A stretch of DNA of 64,000 bases from Octopus sinensis. Its lineage: Eukaryota. Position 1 is the first letter of the stretch. Every line of letters starts with the position of its first letter. The stretch spans positions 71,424,001 to 71,488,000 of the forward strand of contig NC_043009.1 of assembly GCF_006345805.1 (NCBI RefSeq), given 5' to 3'. Shown here piece by piece: positions 62,201 to 64,000 of the stretch. The position numbers and the translations under genes are program-made. The notes under the pieces were generated by a model. It made no database searches. It was not told where the DNA came from and saw nothing but the letters and a program-made list of their open reading frames with translations.

Positions 62201-64000
62201 GCACAGAATGGGAGTTCAGGAGTGTCAGCACGCGTGACAGTGTGCAAGTATGTATGAGTGAGAGAGGTTGTGAGTAACAGTGAATGAGAGAGAGAGAGTG
62301 TGAGTGAGCATAGATGAGCAAGCATGTGTGAATGTGAGAGTAAAGTCTTGATGAGTTAAGCATGAGTGTAGGTGGTAAGCCTGCACACGGATGCATGAGT
62401 GAAAGAATAGAGTATGGGTCTGTGAGAATGAGAAAGTGTGTAGAAAGTATTTTATGATGCTAGCATGGGTTGGCTAGGTCTATAATATTATAGTAATATC
62501 ACCACTCTTGTCACTTACGTATCATGTTGTATGACAGACTCGGCATCCTTAAAATTAATTTCACCACTCTCTCCAAGGTTTGGATCACTCTTAGTTTTGT
62601 TTTCCCCACCTTCCTTCAGCTGGTTCGGCATGATTGGATTTTAGCTAACTTAACCTTTAAGATCGACATTAAGGAAGTGCAGAGAGAGCAATATGGAGGC
62701 GGGTCCTTCCAGAAGTGGGAGACTTGGTTGGGGGCTCAAGTAAACCACTGCCCAGTTTCTTTCATCTAACTGGAACTTGTGCAGTTTGAGGCCAGGCCAA
62801 AGCACAAGAGCATCTGACCTGCTCATCTGAGCATATTGTGGATTGCCCATATCCCTAGCTTGCCTTGTGTTCCCTCAACACACAGACCACCTCATGTTGT
62901 ACTGTCCAGTGACTTGATAGAACAATCCATAAAGCAGACATCAGCCAATATCCAGAAGTCTTTGTCTTCCTCTGTCTTTGCCACTCCGGTGTAGCAACCT
63001 CCCCCAGGAAATATCAGTCCAACCCTTTAAAGTCCAACAAGAGGATAAAGAGAATAAGGAAAGGAATAAATATTTTATATATGTGAATATTGACATTCTG
63101 TGATATTTCACAAAACTGCAGAGAAAATGGAGCTGGGAATTAAATAATCAAAGTAAGTGATATAAAAACCATCCCAGATTTGAAACAAACTTTCAAAATT
63201 TAAGCATCATTCAGACAACACAAACACCACATCTTTTTCTTATTTCTTCTTTAATTTATTTATTTTTAATACATAAAAGCAATTTGAAAATTACTTTTTT
63301 TCCTTCTTTCCTAATTAATCAAAATTTTTAACATAATGAGTTTAAATTCAATAAAACAAAAGCCATTTCATTTTTTTGTTCACCCCCAACCTTTCCAAAT
63401 CACATATCTTAATTGATAATTCATAAAGTTCTGTAAAAATATTGAAAACAAAGAAAGAATTCTTTTTCTTTAAATACCTAAAAACAAAAGGTTGATTCCT
63501 TTGGTTGCTAAGATGCTATAACTAAATGATATCTTATTTCCAGTGCAATGCAGTATCCATGGACACCAGTTGCCTCACCATTCTACTCTTCAGTCACACC
63601 CAGCAGTAAATAGGCCATCGTCCATTGTAGGAGCATAGCATAATTGATGAGTGTTTTACTAGTTTGTGGTGACTCACTCTCCTCAATTCCTACATATATC
63701 AGTACAACTCAAAGAGTTACGTACCTGATAACAATTGTTAACCCATTACAAACACAAGGGAACTGAACAGAACTAGAAAAACCCAGCCCAAACTCTTCCA
63801 GCCACACACACACACACATATACACACCTCTATATATAAACCAAATAAGTGACTTGATGCATCACAGCTAAACCACTGGAATTCAAGAAGACTGTTCGAT
63901 GCAGGAAGTGGTGGAGAGTAATGAGGGAAAATCATTGTTGCGTCTAAGGTTACATACAACATTCTGTCTTGCAACATTGGAATTCACTTCTCACACCACA

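Noticed and set aside
59219-64000. TUSC3 exon 3 (ANEEYQILANSW..VDYDEG-like) and the CxxC exon
   Set aside because: Not found on the minus strand; presumably beyond the window end.
1-64000. CRISPR arrays, rRNA or prokaryotic defence systems
   Set aside because: No regularly spaced repeat-spacer arrays or operon-like gene density; spliceosomal introns and SINEs show the DNA is metazoan.

Overview
AT-rich, microsatellite- and transposon-dense eukaryotic DNA. The SINE/LINE families look like those of Octopus (inference). It is not prokaryotic: no operons, rRNA or CRISPR. The one host gene, invisible in most of the ORF track, is the 3' two-thirds of a minus-strand TUSC3/MAGT1 (OST3/OST6-family oligosaccharyltransferase subunit) gene. 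I assembled it by hand from nine coding exons at 59218-59136, 56298-56241, 52754-52614, 50027-49938, 32097-32034 OR 27619-27556, 18837-18763, 16853-16763 and 10547-10532 (stop); exon numbers follow the human gene as I recall it. Main discovery: exon 7 is present as two paralogous 64-nt, same-phase versions (HYIHGSSQGQFVVETYLVMCL and QFIVPSFELQFVAESYIIFFN). Each has a U2-type acceptor and a minor-spliceosome (U12) GTATCC/GTATCT donor, and both share one U12 branch site before exon 8. The intron between them is therefore a U12-donor/U2-acceptor hybrid, which would enforce mutually exclusive splicing, as in vertebrate JNK genes. The introns also hold a truncated SMURF (WW-HECT) retrocopy, a young RTE LINE with a PHD finger inside its RT, a non-autonomous Helitron, a maT/DD37D-type Tc1-mariner, CR1, Tx1 and Hero-like relics, a hammerhead-ribozyme-bearing tRNA-headed Penelope-like insert and many SINEs. 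Beyond the gene's 3' end lie hAT/Charlie and Dong/R4 relics. Repeat boundaries are approximate unless defined by TIRs or TSDs.
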